The notes under the pieces were generated by a model, which saw only the letters and a list, made by a program, of their open reading frames with translations, did no database searches and was not told where the DNA came from. This document shows positions 1 to 15,000 of a stretch of 64,000 nt of DNA, one piece after another (within the stretch, counting starts at the first letter, position 1; each line of letters starts with the position of its first letter). The position numbers and the translations under genes were made by a program. The stretch comes from a virus, in IMG/VR virus record IMGVR_UViG_3300045922_000167, positions 1 through 64,000 of that record; one strand, written 5' to 3'.

Positions 1-3000
1 TTATTTCACCAAAAATAATTTTAAATATTTTAGATAATTGTGGGTTTTCAATTAAAATTTTATTGTATTTTTCTATCATTTTTATTTGATCTGTATAACT
101 AGGGGAATACCCATTAGTTAAAGAGAAAAACTTTCTAAAAGGACCTATATTGTCTCTCTCAAATCTTTCAATATCATCAAAAGTTTGTATTAATGCTTTT
201 GCTGTATTTTCTCCTATGGAATTACTATACTGAGCTATTAAATATTGTCTAAATTCTTCTTTAGATAAATTGTATTTAGCTATTTTATTAGGATCAATAC
301 CTGCAGCACTTTTATTAAGCCTACCTTTATTAGCTTTAACTAGCTTACCATGTTCTATAAATGTTACATAATCCACTATTAACGGATGCTTAAAGAATCT
401 AGCTGTATCTTCTAACGGAGTACCTAGCGACACCATAGTAAGCATTTTACCTACAGTTTCCTTACTTACATTTAATTTACCTGTAAGCTGAATTTTTAAG
501 TTATCTAAAATTGTTTGACATAAATCATCTATAAAAGATGGTACTTCTCCGATAGTAAAAAGAGTTTTACTTTCTTCAATTTTTCCTTTGTACTCAATTC
601 TTTTTAATTCCTTAGGTTCGGTACTAGAAGCAGGTACAAAAAAAGTTAATGGTTCTAGTTGAATAGGTAATTCGTCAGTATTTAATGACTGAAGTAACAT
701 GTAAACTTTGTTAAACGTTACCCCAAATCCTACTAAGTCTGTACCAGCTGAATTAGCGTTATGGTAATGGGCTATTTGATTTTTGTAACCGTAAAAGCCA
801 GAGCTACGCTTTGCTTCCACAATAGGATTGTTTAGCGGTGACTCTACGTTATTGGTTGTATTTGGAGAATCTATTAACGCTTCAACGCTTTGATAAGAAA
901 TAGGTTTAGCTGCTTGTGCTTGACTATACGGTAATCTCCATAAATTTATGTAGTTAAGTAATAAATCGTTTTTAAGTTTTTTTGCATTTATTTTTGATGT
1001 ATCTCCTGAGTATTCTTCTTCGGTCGGTACTTCAATAAAAGCTCTATCATTTATAGTTGTAACAGTGTAATTATATGTAGTAAGTTTATCTACGTCAAAG
1101 TCAGAACCCATGAATAAAACTACTTCCGCAGGTACTTGCATTATGTTTACATTAGTGTCAATTATTTCTTTTATTTTAACAATAATTGCACTGTTTTTTC
1201 CAGTACTCGGAATACGTATACCAAACATTTGTAATGTTTGTAAAAACGTTATTAAATCTTCAACTTCATTTAATTCAGCTTGAGTTAAACCTTCCGTGTT
1301 AGCAACGTTATTTTTTAATATTGCTATGTTACTACTATAAGTAATTCCATATCTAGAAATCCTTTCTTTAGCATTTTCTATCCAATTTTCTTTTGGAATT
1401 TCATTAAACAGGTACTCAAATTTTTTAGTAAACTTGTACGGTACTCTAACTTCTACTTCTCCAGATTCTAAAATTTTATTAAAAAATTCTTTTCTAAGAG
1501 CGCTTAACTTTGTTTTTACTGTAGATTTATCTGATTCATTTTGTATTTTTTTTGCTACTTCTATAAAGTGGTTCATTAAACCTTCATGTCCATCTATATC
1601 GAATATTTTCTTTTCTTCGTCAGTAAGTTTCTTTTGATCAAATCTATAATTGTACCATTTTAATCTATTTGGAGTTAAAGCTTTCATATCAGGTTGCAAT
1701 ACGTAATGCGTACCTGGCATTGTTTGTTTAGCTACTTCTTTAGTAAACCATCTAAAAGTAGCTTTAGTTAATTCACTTGCTACCACTGCTAAATTAGAGT
1801 TAATTGAGGAATTACTCAAAATAGAGTACATAGTTTCATCTAAGTTTGTAGGATCTTGCTGAGAATCTAATGCAGCTCTATCACGTATAGCTTGTATAGC
1901 TTTTACACCACTTTTAATTAACTCTTCTGCAATTTTAGTTCTACCCCTATTAAATAACGCTTTAGAAGCTCTTTGTAATTTATTTATTTGCGCTCTATAC
2001 TTACTTATCTCAGAATCTTCCATTGATTTAAGAGAGCTATCAATAAAAGAAGAAACTGCTATATAAAGCTGTTGGGTTGAAACAGAAATACTTTCATTTG
2101 GACTAATCGCCCCTACTGGGTCGTATATCTGAGATTGAGCGTACTCATGTACAGTTCTAAGAGAATCGTCACTTATTATAGGGATTTCATTACCTCCGTT
2201 TAAATAATCAGTTACTAATTGATCTGATGCTGAAATTGGACTAGAATCTTTTCTAGCACTAGGATCTATAAGCCTATCTATTGGAATTATATTATTTTCG
2301 TTTAGATAATTAATTAAATCAGAATATGCTAAAAATTCATCATATTTAGCTTTTTGTAACTTTCTATCATGTAATAATTTTTCTTCTACATTTTTAAAAG
2401 TAGAAGTATCTATTAGTTGCAGATCTACTCTTTTTTTAGATGTATCTATTAAAAATTTAGCTTTTTGTACAGCATTTTGATCACCTTTGTAAGCTAGATT
2501 TAAAAATCTGTCAAATATATCTTGATTTGTGTAATACGTAGTACCATCAATATACATCAATGAGTACTTTTCTAAGTTTACTAATTCTGTCTGCTCATCA
2601 AAGTCAGCATTTTTATCTTTAGTTACAGCACCTAAACTAGTATTATATGTACCCCCATACTTCAAACTTCTTTCATAAGCATAATGAGGAAGCATATAAG
2701 ATATACCATCAGAACCTTCTAAAGGTTCGGTACCGTTAACTAAAACAGCCAGCCCATCGTATGACTTTTTAAATACACTAGGTAAAATGTAAGTTTTTGA
2801 TTGTCCATTGTTTCGTCTAAAAGAACTGTAATTACCAGGATTACCCATGTTGTTTGGTAGGTTAATCCTTTTTTGTATATCTGCACTTCCAGATTGTAAA
2901 ACTACTTGTATATTACGATTTGAATCAAGTTTAGTAGTTTTATATCCATAAATATTACCTACAAGAACGTAAGTATGTGCAATAGAATTTAAATATTGGT

Positions 3001-6000
3001 TTAACGTAAAACATACAAAATGAGCTAGTGTATCTTCTGGTTTTAGATAACCTAAAACGTTTTTAAAAGCTACGTAGTCGTTATTAGCAATATTTAGTAA
3101 AGATGATACTATATGTTGAGCAGCTTCGTCAATATTTGTTATTGTTATTGATTGGTCTCGTAACAGAAAATGTGACAAAATAAAAGAATGTTTAACAGGT
3201 TCGTATAGTACATTTTTAAATTTATGATTAAACTGAATTTGCTCTTGTTCTAAAAATAATTTAACAATAGCAATTGCTTTATTTATTTCAGCATTATAAT
3301 TTTTTTCTAAATCTTCAACAGTAAAAAATTTAGCATTTTCTGCTAATAGTACTCTAGAACTATCTCCTATAGTAGGCATTCTTTGATAGTACTTTTTAGT
3401 TTTATTTTTTACTAACGATTGTCTAAATAAACTATAGTCAATACCAAATAACTCATCAGAAGTTAATTTCTTTTGTGTAGATCTATCATAAAATGTATAT
3501 TCTATTCCTAAAATATCTATTGATGTTTCTAAAGAAAAGGCAGAACTTGATATTTTTATACCATTTTCTTTAAACATATTTTGTAATTGATTTGCTCTAC
3601 GCTTCCAATGTTTATCATTTGGTGTTACAAATCCAGTACCTTGTACGTTTTTTCCTTCCGCATTTAACGTATGAGAGTTATGAAGTCTTGAACTATAATC
3701 TATTAATTGACTTGCTAAATCTAACGTAGCGTTTCTGTAATCTTTGTTATTAGTTGTAGATTTGGTGCTTTCAGTTCCTATGTGTTCTGGAATAATAGTA
3801 GTAAAGAAAGTATTTAAAGCATTTAAGTATTCATCTGCTGTTAATTTACTTACGTTTACTCTCAGTGAAGCATTGAATAAAGAAAAAGCAAACCTTGCAG
3901 CTTCTGTTTTAGCTGTTTCATTTGAAGAAGAAACAAAATTTTCGTTACCCGAAGCTATTAGTTTTTCATCTTTTATTTCTTTACCATTTACTACGTTTGT
4001 TTCATTTTTAAATAATCGCCAACCCCCATTAACAAAAAGTAATTTATACTCTTGTTGTTCCTTGTTAACAGTAATAATAAACTTTATTGATGCGTAGTCT
4101 TCTGTGCTAGTATATTTAAATTTATCTTTATTACCAATAAACTCTAATATATTATTTTCTAATAAATTTCTTGTATTTTCTAGACTATCGTTTACTGTAT
4201 CAAATCTTAGAACAAATTCACCATCTTCATCAATTTTTATTGTAGCATATTGATAATCACGTACAGATTCAGCATAATAAAATAAAGAATTAAATAAGTT
4301 TTGTGCTTGATTTAATTTAATTTTAATATTTTCTTGTTCTAGTAAGTTAGAGGCTATAATATTTTGTTCTTGTACTGTTAACAAGAAACCTGGAGAGTAA
4401 GAACCAGAATTATTTCCATATAATGCTACATATAAAGAAGATAATATAGATAATCTATGATTGTCTAAGTTAATTTTTTCTTCTTCATCTACAATTATTT
4501 CGTTTCCGTATTCATCATATATGTAGTTACCTGTTTTTAGTATAAAGTTTTCTAAATAAGTTTTAAAAGTCATTGGTGTAAGCGGTACACCAGGATTTAA
4601 TTTTTTAAATTCATTAACTTCTATATAAGCAGCTTTAAGTGCTTGCTCTGGGTATAAAAAAGAAGCACTACGATTTCTTACGTTTTGAGTTAAATCTACT
4701 AAAGTTTTAAATAATTCTTTTTGTTGTTCAATAGTTCTTTGTTCAATTGGTATTTGTTGTAATTCTACAACTTTGTTTAATTTATTAATAAAAACACCTA
4801 AACTTTTGCTACTTGCAAATTTAGGAACTACACTTAAAAGTAACTTAATTCCTTCAAAACCTGATAATTCTTGAGTATCTACGCTTGCATTTAAACCACC
4901 TAAATTTTTTAGTAGTTTTTTAGTCTCAGCATCAGTTTGCTCTTCTATACTATCTTCTTCTTGTTTAATTTCTACGTCAGCTTCTTCAGAACCATCATAT
5001 AAGTCATCATCATCTATAGGAACATTAGTATTTTTTTCTTTAGCAATTATTTCCAACTCTTCTTTCTTTAATTTGTCTTTTACATCTTCATCTAAAAATA
5101 TATTAGCTTTACTGTGAGTTATTAAAGACAATAATGTAGCTCCTATTTTGCGTATTTTTTTATCTTCATTTACCATCCAGTACGTATAATATATGTCTGT
5201 TATTAGCTGGTTATTAAACGTACCTCTAGTTGGATCAGGATTTAAACCTACCTCTGCTAACCAATTATCATAGTCATTTATTAAATCAAAATATTCATCA
5301 AACTCTGATCTTATATATCCATTTTCATCAAAAATTATTTCGTATAATTCTTGTAATGGATTAATTGAGCTGTATCCACTTTCTATATATTCCCTTAAAG
5401 ACAAATAAAATTTAGATGGATCATCTGTAAAAGTATTAAATATTTCATTTAATACATTTCTTACTTCATTAGCTTTTTTAAATCTTTCTTCTATACCAAA
5501 ACTTAAATTTGTAGGAGGAAGATTATTGTTTATAGCTAAAGCTGAAAAATTTAATATAGTATCTAAAACTAATTGACTTCTATACTGGTATATAAAATCA
5601 TAATAATGTTTATTATGAGTAAATGGAGCTAAAAGTTCATTTTTATTGCTATTTACTAAACTTTTTTTAGCTTCTATTCTACCAGATTTAGAATAATAAA
5701 TGTGATCGTTTGATAAATTAGGAAGTTTACCTTTATAATAACCTCTTTGTGCTCTGTTAAATAAAAATTTAGGATCGTAAGTTCTTCCAATAAGTATATA
5801 TACTAACTCTTTTAAATAAGAAAATAACTTATTTAATATAGTATCTTTGTAAGGACGTAACTCTTGAAACGTATCTGCCATCCATTCTTCTGCTTCTATA
5901 TCAGAAGACTTTGTATTTTTTAAATACTTTTTCTTTACATAATCAAGATATTTACGTTTTTCGCTATCTGTTACAAAACCATCAAATATTAAGTGAAAAG

Positions 6001-9000
6001 CTTCATGGTACACAGCTTTTCTACTAACTTTTCCTTTATATCTATTTAATCCTATAGTCGCCTTAACGTCTCCACTGAGTATAGATGCAGCCTCGTAGTA
6101 CCCATTTAAAGGTATACCTTTATGCTTTAAGTTATCCTCTATGTTTGTCTGACCATACTTTTCAAACGTTTTACCAAATAGCTCAGTTAGCACACCCTTA
6201 GCTTCTAATTCTGACATATTGTAGTCAGTGTAGTCATTGTCTTCAATACTACGTTTAGAAAAACTAAAATTATTTATATCTACCTTACTTTGTGATGATC
6301 CTTGTGAATTTTGTGAGTTTTGTTGTGGCGTTGACGGTGCTTGTGTAGTTTGTGTTGATGTTGTCGGTGTTTGCGTGGATTGCGGTACAAATCTTCTTAA
6401 TGTTTGTTGCGGTTGCTGTAATGGTATACGAGCTTGTATTTCTACCCCAGTAAACTTAATTATATTACTATATACTACATCATCTATTGAGTTTGCTACG
6501 TCATTTAAGTCAAAAATTTGACCTACTCCAGGTACTCCATTTATAGAGTAATTTTTAAATAAGTCTTTGTGATTTTTACCTTTTGGTAGTACTATGTACT
6601 TGTAATATGCAGTATATAATGGTGAACGTCCATTTTTTTGTTCATACTTTTGTCTGTAAGCGGCATCAAATTTTCTAATTTGTTCTTTAATTATATTTAA
6701 ATTATCTGTAATAGTTTTTGGGTCTGGTCCATGTTGAAAGAAAATTTTACGAGATAACGTAGTTCTTATTAACAACGGAGTTAATGCCATAGTTAAATCT
6801 CGGTTAGCATTTACAAATGAATGTATTTCATTTTCTAATCGTAGAAATTCATCATCTTTTTTAAGATCCTCTTCTGTTAAGTTTTCACGTTTAATTTTGT
6901 CTTGTAACTGTTTTACAGTTTCTTCCCAAGAATCTATTAATTTTTCAATTTCCTCTACGCTTTTAAAGTTTCTTCTGTCTAACGGTAATGGGTATACTAC
7001 ATCATTAGCATCTTTAAATAAAAGATAGGCTCTACCTTTTTCTAAATTAGGTAATTTAGATATATTTTTTGAGTTTGGACTACCAGGAATATATTCTATA
7101 CTAGGATTAATTACATCTGGATAAGTTTCATCATAAACTACAGTATTAGATACATTTACTACTATTTTCCCAATAGAAGTAAGTCCTTCTTTTCCCATAG
7201 CTTCAATTAATTGCGCTATGGTACCACCATTTGTATTAGCAGCAAAAGTAGCACTTCCTATACCAGCTGTTAAATCACTAGCTTGTAATGAAGATAAAAT
7301 ACTTTCAATACTGCCTTCTTCCTCAGGTTTAAAGTTTTGAATAAAGTCATTTGTTTTTTTAATGTATATATATAATGGTGCTTCTTCTGATGTAATATTA
7401 AAAAGTGCAGGAGGGTTTATTTTACTAAATGGTAATATTTCTGCTATAGGTTTTTGATTGTAAGTTATTATTAATTTATTTCTTACTTTATCTAATTGCT
7501 CAACAGAAACATTTAATTTATTTTTTTCCTCATCATTATAAATAGCTTTAAGTAGTATATTCTTATTTAATAAATTAGTTCCAGTTTCGTCTATTAATAC
7601 ATTTATTCTAAGAGGTAAAAAATTAGAAAAATATCTTTTATATATAGCTGTTAATCTACTAGCTATCTCTGCTTCTATTTTAGCCTCTTCGTTTATTTGA
7701 ATTCCGTCAGTTTCATAAACTTTAAGATTTGAATAAATTTTCTTTTTTTCTTCCTCATTAGCTTCTTCTAATATGTTTCTAACTCTTTTTTTAGCTCCTA
7801 TTATTTTATTTAAATTATTAGAAATCTGGTGTAAAACTTCTATCTTTACTGGTAAATTAATTCCTTGGTTATCATTATTTTTTTTACCACCAACATGAAT
7901 AATAGAGTCTTTACCATCAGGTTTAATTTCCGTTGTAATTATATAACAAGGTATAGAGTCTATATCCACATTAGGATCGTCTTTTTTGTGATCCAAAAGA
8001 GCCGAATTAAGTAATTTTACATATTTATTTCTGTAATAAGATGCTTTGTTAGCTTTCGGGTCTTTTGCATCATATAAAGCATTATATGATCTTGCGTAAC
8101 TACTTGTTGGTACTTCTGAAAATTTAGAGAAGTCATGCGTATAGTAAAAATTAAAATAAGTCCATAAACCACCTTTACCTATTACTCTCATAGGTATATT
8201 ATAAAGTATACCTTTATTTATAGAGTTATCAATTTCTCCAACATTTCCAGTTTCATAATTAAGTACATCTGTAATATCAATTTCCACATTAGTTATATCA
8301 CCACCTCCAGTCAACTCAATAATTTTTGATCTTATATTTTTAAGAGTATTTTCTATTAAAGTACTATTTATTGGTTGTAATATACTTGCACTTCCATCTA
8401 TTTTAACAGTTAGATTAGTATTATAATAATCAGTAATTTCTTTAATTTGATTTTCTATTTTACGAGTAAACTCTTCTTTATTAGTAAGTATATAGTTTTT
8501 TATTAAATTGTTAAGTAAATTTCTAAATTGTATAGGTGGATTTTGTAAAGCAGTATTATCCTCAAATTGCTCATCTGCGTCTTTTAAGTTTAAACCTCTT
8601 ACAATATCATAAAGAGTGTCATACTCAGTAGGGTCTATTTCACCAGAAAGAATTTTGTTATGTTCTGGTAGTTTACCATCTACAAAGTTTATCGGTGTGG
8701 TAGGTTCGTTATCTACGTCTACGTCACTTTGTTCTGTTATAGCGTCAGCTAAGTCTTCAGCTTCTGAATCTATTTGCTGTTCGTCTTCTACTTCTACTTC
8801 TTCTACGTCTTCTACGTCTTCTACTTCTTTTCCTTCTACTTCTGTATCAGGCGGTGTGAGCGGTGCAGTGGATGTACCTGTAACGTTTGTACCATCCGTA
8901 ATTGGTGCGGCGTTTTCACCATTAACTATTGGAGTTTTTTTACTTTTTTTTCCTAAACTGTTTATTGATTTTGCTATAACTTCTGAGGTTAAGGTTACTG

Positions 9001-12000
9001 CAAAATTTATATCTTTTTCTAAATCTTCGTATTTGTTTTTTAATTGTTCATGGTATTCTAATGAAATGCTATTAATAGAATGCGCATCATCAATTTCTTT
9101 ACCATTTTGTATATTTTTAACATAAATTTGAATGTCTCTGGGTTCACTTTCATTAATTAATTTTTTTGACTCATTTAATGATTTTCTTAAATCTTTACGA
9201 GTTTGAACAATTTTTTTTACATCTTGAACGGTTAAGTTTTTTATGTTTTTAATTTCATCAAATAGATTATTAAATGTATTTAATGTTTGCTGGGTATTAG
9301 CAACAGATAAAACTGCTTCATTTATTTTATTTACTGCATTTACAAACTCATTATGTTTATAATTTACAGAATGAAGTGTTTTGTAAATTTCAGCATAAGG
9401 AAGTGGAGTTTCACCTATATCATTACCAACTAATCCTAAAAACTTTTTAGTTCTTGTAGCAGCTACTAACATTTGCTTATTGTAAGCTTCAACATTTGAA
9501 GAAGTTATAGTAGCCTTTGGTGGATCCATATCTAAAAATACGTAGTTAGCTTCTTTGCCTTGTGACTCTAATGGAGTCATTATTACTACGTTTTTTACAT
9601 CATTAAATGTTTTTTTATAATTTACTTTTTTAGACTCTGAGTTTGTAATAACAAATATCTTTTCATCGGGATTAGTACTTATTTCTTTTGATTTTTGTTT
9701 AATTAACTCCACTAAATCTGTAGCAGATTCAAATATTTTTACTCCGTATTCTAAATTTTCATCATACGAACTAAAACCACTTGTAGATGCGTAATCATCT
9801 AAAGACGATTCAATGTTGGCAATAAAAGATTTAATAACTGGATCATTATTTCTATACCTAAACATTACAGGTCTAGCAAATAACGACTCATTAAAAGTAC
9901 TTAGTAAAGGAACTGCAGGGTTTTTTACGTCTTTTTGTATTTGTGATGGATCACCAAGTAATACAAAAAAGTTATTAGGATTTGTACGAACTAAATTTTT
10001 TAATTCTTCAACATAAGCAGTATCACCATAAGCTGCTTCATCTACAACAACAATATTGTTACTATTTGTACTTAAATGGTTTTTTAAGTTTGTTAATCCT
10101 GCATTTTTTTCATCTCCTTTATGGTCTATTACTGATGGATTTAACGCACTTAAGGCATTTGTTATAGGCGTTATAGAAGTTTCATTCGGACTTGTAGTTA
10201 CTACATTATTACCAGAAAGCTGGTTAATTATCTCCACAGATGTAGCTACAACAGCAGATGTTTTACCTGCACCTGCTTTACCAAGTAAAACTACGCTGGA
10301 ATCCTTACTTAAATAAGCTAAAACTATATCAGTAATAGATAGTACTTGCTCTAAAGAAAGATAAAGACCTTCTGCTTCAGCATTCGTAAGTTTTTCTTCA
10401 AGAATTTTTAAAAATTGATCGTATAAATTTTTAGATTTTTGACTTTGTTTAATTAAGTGTAATCTTTTTATTTTATTTTGAATTTCGTATAATATCGCTG
10501 TTGAGTTATATTCATTTAAAGTAGTAATTTTGTCAACATTAACTTCTATTTTTTGTTCTTTTAAATATGCAAAAAACGTTTTTAAGTCAGATGCAAACAT
10601 AACAGAATTTCTATGTTCTCCTCTGTACTTTCCAAATATGGTCATTAATAGTCTTGCTGCTTCAACATGTTTTGAATCAGTAATAACGCTTTTTGAATCC
10701 ATATTAAAAAGATAGCCAAGCAATTTCCCATAATTGTAAGTATTTTTAGCAATAACTTCTGGAGAACTCTTACTTTCACCTCCTAAAAAAATGTTACCAG
10801 TTATACCTAATTCTTGATACAACTTTGTGTTTTTTAGCTGAGGTATGTTGTCAATATTAGGAATATTAGAAGCTGCGTCTAACATTACTAAATAATCAGA
10901 TACCGAACCTTTTAAACTGCTTTCAGTAGATCCTTGTAGTCTATTTGAAATTTCAATTAAAACATCGTAAGTAGCGGCTGGTATGTTAGGTACTTTAAGT
11001 AATTCTTTAATTTCAGTAGCTAAAGTATTAAGCGTGTTTACGTTATGTAGGTTAATAGAAGCTAATTCTTTTTTAGCTACTTCTTCTCTTTTTGTTTCCC
11101 ATACATTTAAAAAAGAATCAATTTGATTTAAGACATAATCAAGTTCAGGTTCAAAATTATAAGCATCAAAAACTTTAGCTATTACTTTAAAAGCATCAAT
11201 TAAATCATCTAATTTAGGTGCTATATGTATTACTTTTTCTGGTTCTGTATCTGTAGCTTCAATCGTCTCTTTAGTTCCTTTAGCTACTTCAACAAAGTTT
11301 CTTATAGCCTTAGCTTTATTAATAATACTTTCTATACCAACAGAAGTTAATCCTCCGTTTTGTATTATGTTATTATCTTCAATTAATCCTTGTACTATAC
11401 CTTCTAAAGTATTTAACAACGTAAAAGATTCTAATTCAAGGTCTTTAGAAAGATTTGTAAGTAATTTTTTCTTATCTATTTCTAGTTTTAATATTTTCTT
11501 TAAGTCGTCAAGATATTTTTTAACTTCTTCGCTCGACGCAATTATAGCATTTTTAAGTTTTTCAATACTTTCAGGACTTTGCGTTGTATTTTCATATTTT
11601 GTAATAAAATCTGAAATTTTATTATATTGATCATCTGAAGTTGGATCAAATCCAATTACTGTAGCTTCGTTTTCAATTTGCTTTTTTCTTTCTTTTAACC
11701 TTTTTACAAATTTATCAAAAAACTCTTTTGCTTTTTCGTTAAAAATTCCTTCAAATTTTGTTTCAAAATCTTCTAGTTGTTTTAAGTTTAAACTTTTTAT
11801 TATATTTTTAAATACATTTAAACTATCTTTATTTTTAAAACTACTAAACAAATTAGAAGAAACACCTATATTAATATCGTTATATGTTTTAGGCTCAATC
11901 GGTATACCAATAAAATCAAAAGCCTCTATAGGATTTCCTTCTGCATCTTTAAGCGTTTCATTTATTACAAATGAATCAAAAGATATATTTTTTAGATAGT

Positions 12001-15000
12001 TGTTTAACTTCTCAGCATTTGGTATTTTCGGTCTAACAATTACATCCCCATTATTTGATAATGTTAAATCAAGTAGATTAAATGGAGAATTAGCAATAGA
12101 AACATCTAAAATAGATGTATTCTTTGCTTGAGTTTTTTCAAAATATTTAGAAACTTCTGGATCAAACCTGCTATTAAATATTTTAGCCTGATTGTGTAAA
12201 AAGTTAATTCTAGCTGCCTGTAAAGCTTTTTGTTTTTTATTTAAAAGAGATACATTATTTTTAGTTTCTTCTTCTGATAATACAAGGTTATTAGCTTCAT
12301 TACGTTCTTTAAAATATATTAAATTCGCTTTAGCTAGCTCTACAAAACCACCTGACTGCATTACCATTAAACGAGTACTTAAGTTATCATACTCTTTATA
12401 GGCATTTTTTATATCTTCTTTAATAAGTTCTTTTTCAGCTGGTGGTATATCAACATCTTTTAATTTAGCTTCTTGATCTACAATATATCTTTGTAAATAA
12501 TGTTGATGTGCTAAAGTATCAGTTACTTTTTTAGTATATTTATTATGGAAATTTTTTAAGAAAACTTTATCATTTTCATCTAGATCTAATCCATAATAAG
12601 ATGAATTATCTACATTAAACCAACTTAACGGTTTAAGTAAAGATTTTTTTGTACTTCCAAATAATTTATTTATTTCTATTTCAGTTTCTACTCTATCAAT
12701 TAAAAATTCTTTTAAGAATTCTTCAGCATTTAAACTTTCTGGTTTAATTCCTGTTTTACGTTCAAAAGTTTCGTAAAACATTTTTAATAAGTTATAATCT
12801 CCTTTACTTACTGCATCTATATCTTCTTCTGTAGCTAATCCTTTATTTTTTAGTACTTGTAATTCAAATAATAGTTGTGATTTTGTTTTATCTATTGTAG
12901 AAACACCTACGTGACTTGACTTTAATTTTGATGGTGATAATAGTTGTAAAGTATATTCCTGTGTATCAGGCGAAAAAGTACCTAAAGTATGTTTAGCTAC
13001 ATCGGATAAATCCATTGATCTAATAGCATCAATTATTGTGTTTTTATCCGTAAACTCTAACATACTAAGTACGTTATCAGATACACTTGCTAATTTTTCT
13101 ATTTTAGCATTTGTTTTAAACTGACGTATTCCTTGAAGGAAAGCAGTAGGAGCACCTGAACCAAAGCCTAATAGCGCACCTTTTAAAGAGTTATTAAATG
13201 CTCTTACGTAGTTAAAACTACCATCTTCATCTGCTGATACCATACCTCCACTGAGCATTCGTTCAGCCACTAGTATTTTGTCTGGGTGGTTCTTATACTT
13301 TTCATACAAATGAAATGAAGCTATTTCTTCATGTAAAGTTTCCTTAAATTCATCAAAAAACTCAGCAGAAAAAGGCGTTGCTGATGTTAATACTCTTTTC
13401 GCTATTGTAGGAATTACTATGTCTTTTTTAAATTCTTTCAAATAAGCTGAAACAGCTTGAGGTCCATACAAGCTATTTAATGCTATCTTTTGTATAGCTT
13501 GTTCATGTAATTTAGTTGCGTTAACAAAAAATGGTTTTAAGTTAGCTTCAGGTAAAAACGCACTAGTTAACATGTACAAAGAACCAAGTTCTTGTGCTGC
13601 TATGGCTGCATCTTCTGGGTCTATACCTATTCTAATCCAATCTTGGTAAATAGATTCTACGGCTATTTTAGTAAACGTATTATTGGCAAAATAATTTGCC
13701 ATAAATGCGTCTAAAATTTTAATATTACTTGCTGCTGGGTTAGCAATTATTTTACTTGCTCCAGCTACGAGCTTTTCGCCAGACCAAAATAAAGGTTTTA
13801 ACGGCGTACTTCTTGCTGCTTTGTAAGCTTCACCAACACCAGAAACTAAACTTTCTCCAGCTTTAACAGCTCCAGGCAAATACTTAGTAGTAGCCTTTGA
13901 GATTGGTCTATATATAGCAGAAAATTTTGCGTTTATTACGTCATCTGTAAAAGTTAAACCTTTACCAACAACTTTACCTGCAAGTCCTAAAGCACTTCCA
14001 GTAGTAGCTGTTTTTGCTAAAATACGAGAACCAATAGCACCGCCTAATTTAGCACCTCCTTGTACACCTTTAGATACTGCGCCACCAACAAATAAAGTAG
14101 GTATTGCTGGAACAACGCTACCTATCGTAAAAGGAATAGCAGTTTCGTAAAAATCTGGAGTAATTAAAGACATAAAAGCCTCTGGATACGTACTAGGTTT
14201 ATCTATACTAAAATTGCTAAATAACTCATCTACGTTTTTTGGTCTATCTGCAAATGGATGAGCTTCTTTATAACCACGTAATTTAGATAAATTAGCTGCG
14301 TAAGACTTAAATAACTCTGCACGATTTAGTAATCCTAAATCATTACCTTCTATACCTAAAGCAGAAAAAGCAGCTGAACTTGGATTTTTTACAGTACCAG
14401 CATTAAGTATAACTTCATCAAAAAAGCCATTTAAAGCATCTGTAATAACATTGACATTAGGCATAATATATTTAGCCCCAATGTTTACCCAAAGTTTTTC
14501 ATACCATTCGTTTGGCGTAAACTCATAGTTTTCTTGTTTTCTTTTATTTTCTACTAAAGAAAGAACTTGAAAATATCTAGCGTCTTTTTTTAAAATGTCT
14601 CTTAAAGCTGCTTGCTCAGGTGTATCGTTTTCCTCGTAAAAACTTAACGGAGTATATTTTACTTTTTGAGTTTTTGCTATATCTTTTAAGACATCTTGAA
14701 AAAGAGAAAAATGAGGAAACCTACTAGCTTCATATCTAGCATTTCTTATGTTTTCCCAATTATCTTTAACGAGTTTAACCGATTCTGTACCTACTCTGGT
14801 TAAAAATCCAGTTACACCTCTTTCTAATATTTCATCTGCTGATCCATACCCACCAGATGTATTTAACGCACGAGACAGTAAATAAGGATTTCCTTTTTCC
14901 TCGTCTGTTAACTCTCTATAAGTTGGTATAGGTATATTATTTTTATCTACTTTCCATTTATCTTGTGGCTCTAAAATTATTACTTTGCCTTTATAATCTC

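Noticed and set aside
1434-12401. Plus-strand ORFs listed in the track (1434, 3744, 6237, 8616, 8774, 9813, 9982, 10056, 10530, 11367, 12192)
   Set aside because: Shadow ORFs antisense to the giant vRNAP gene; Ser/Phe/Leu-rich composition typical of reverse-complemented coding DNA
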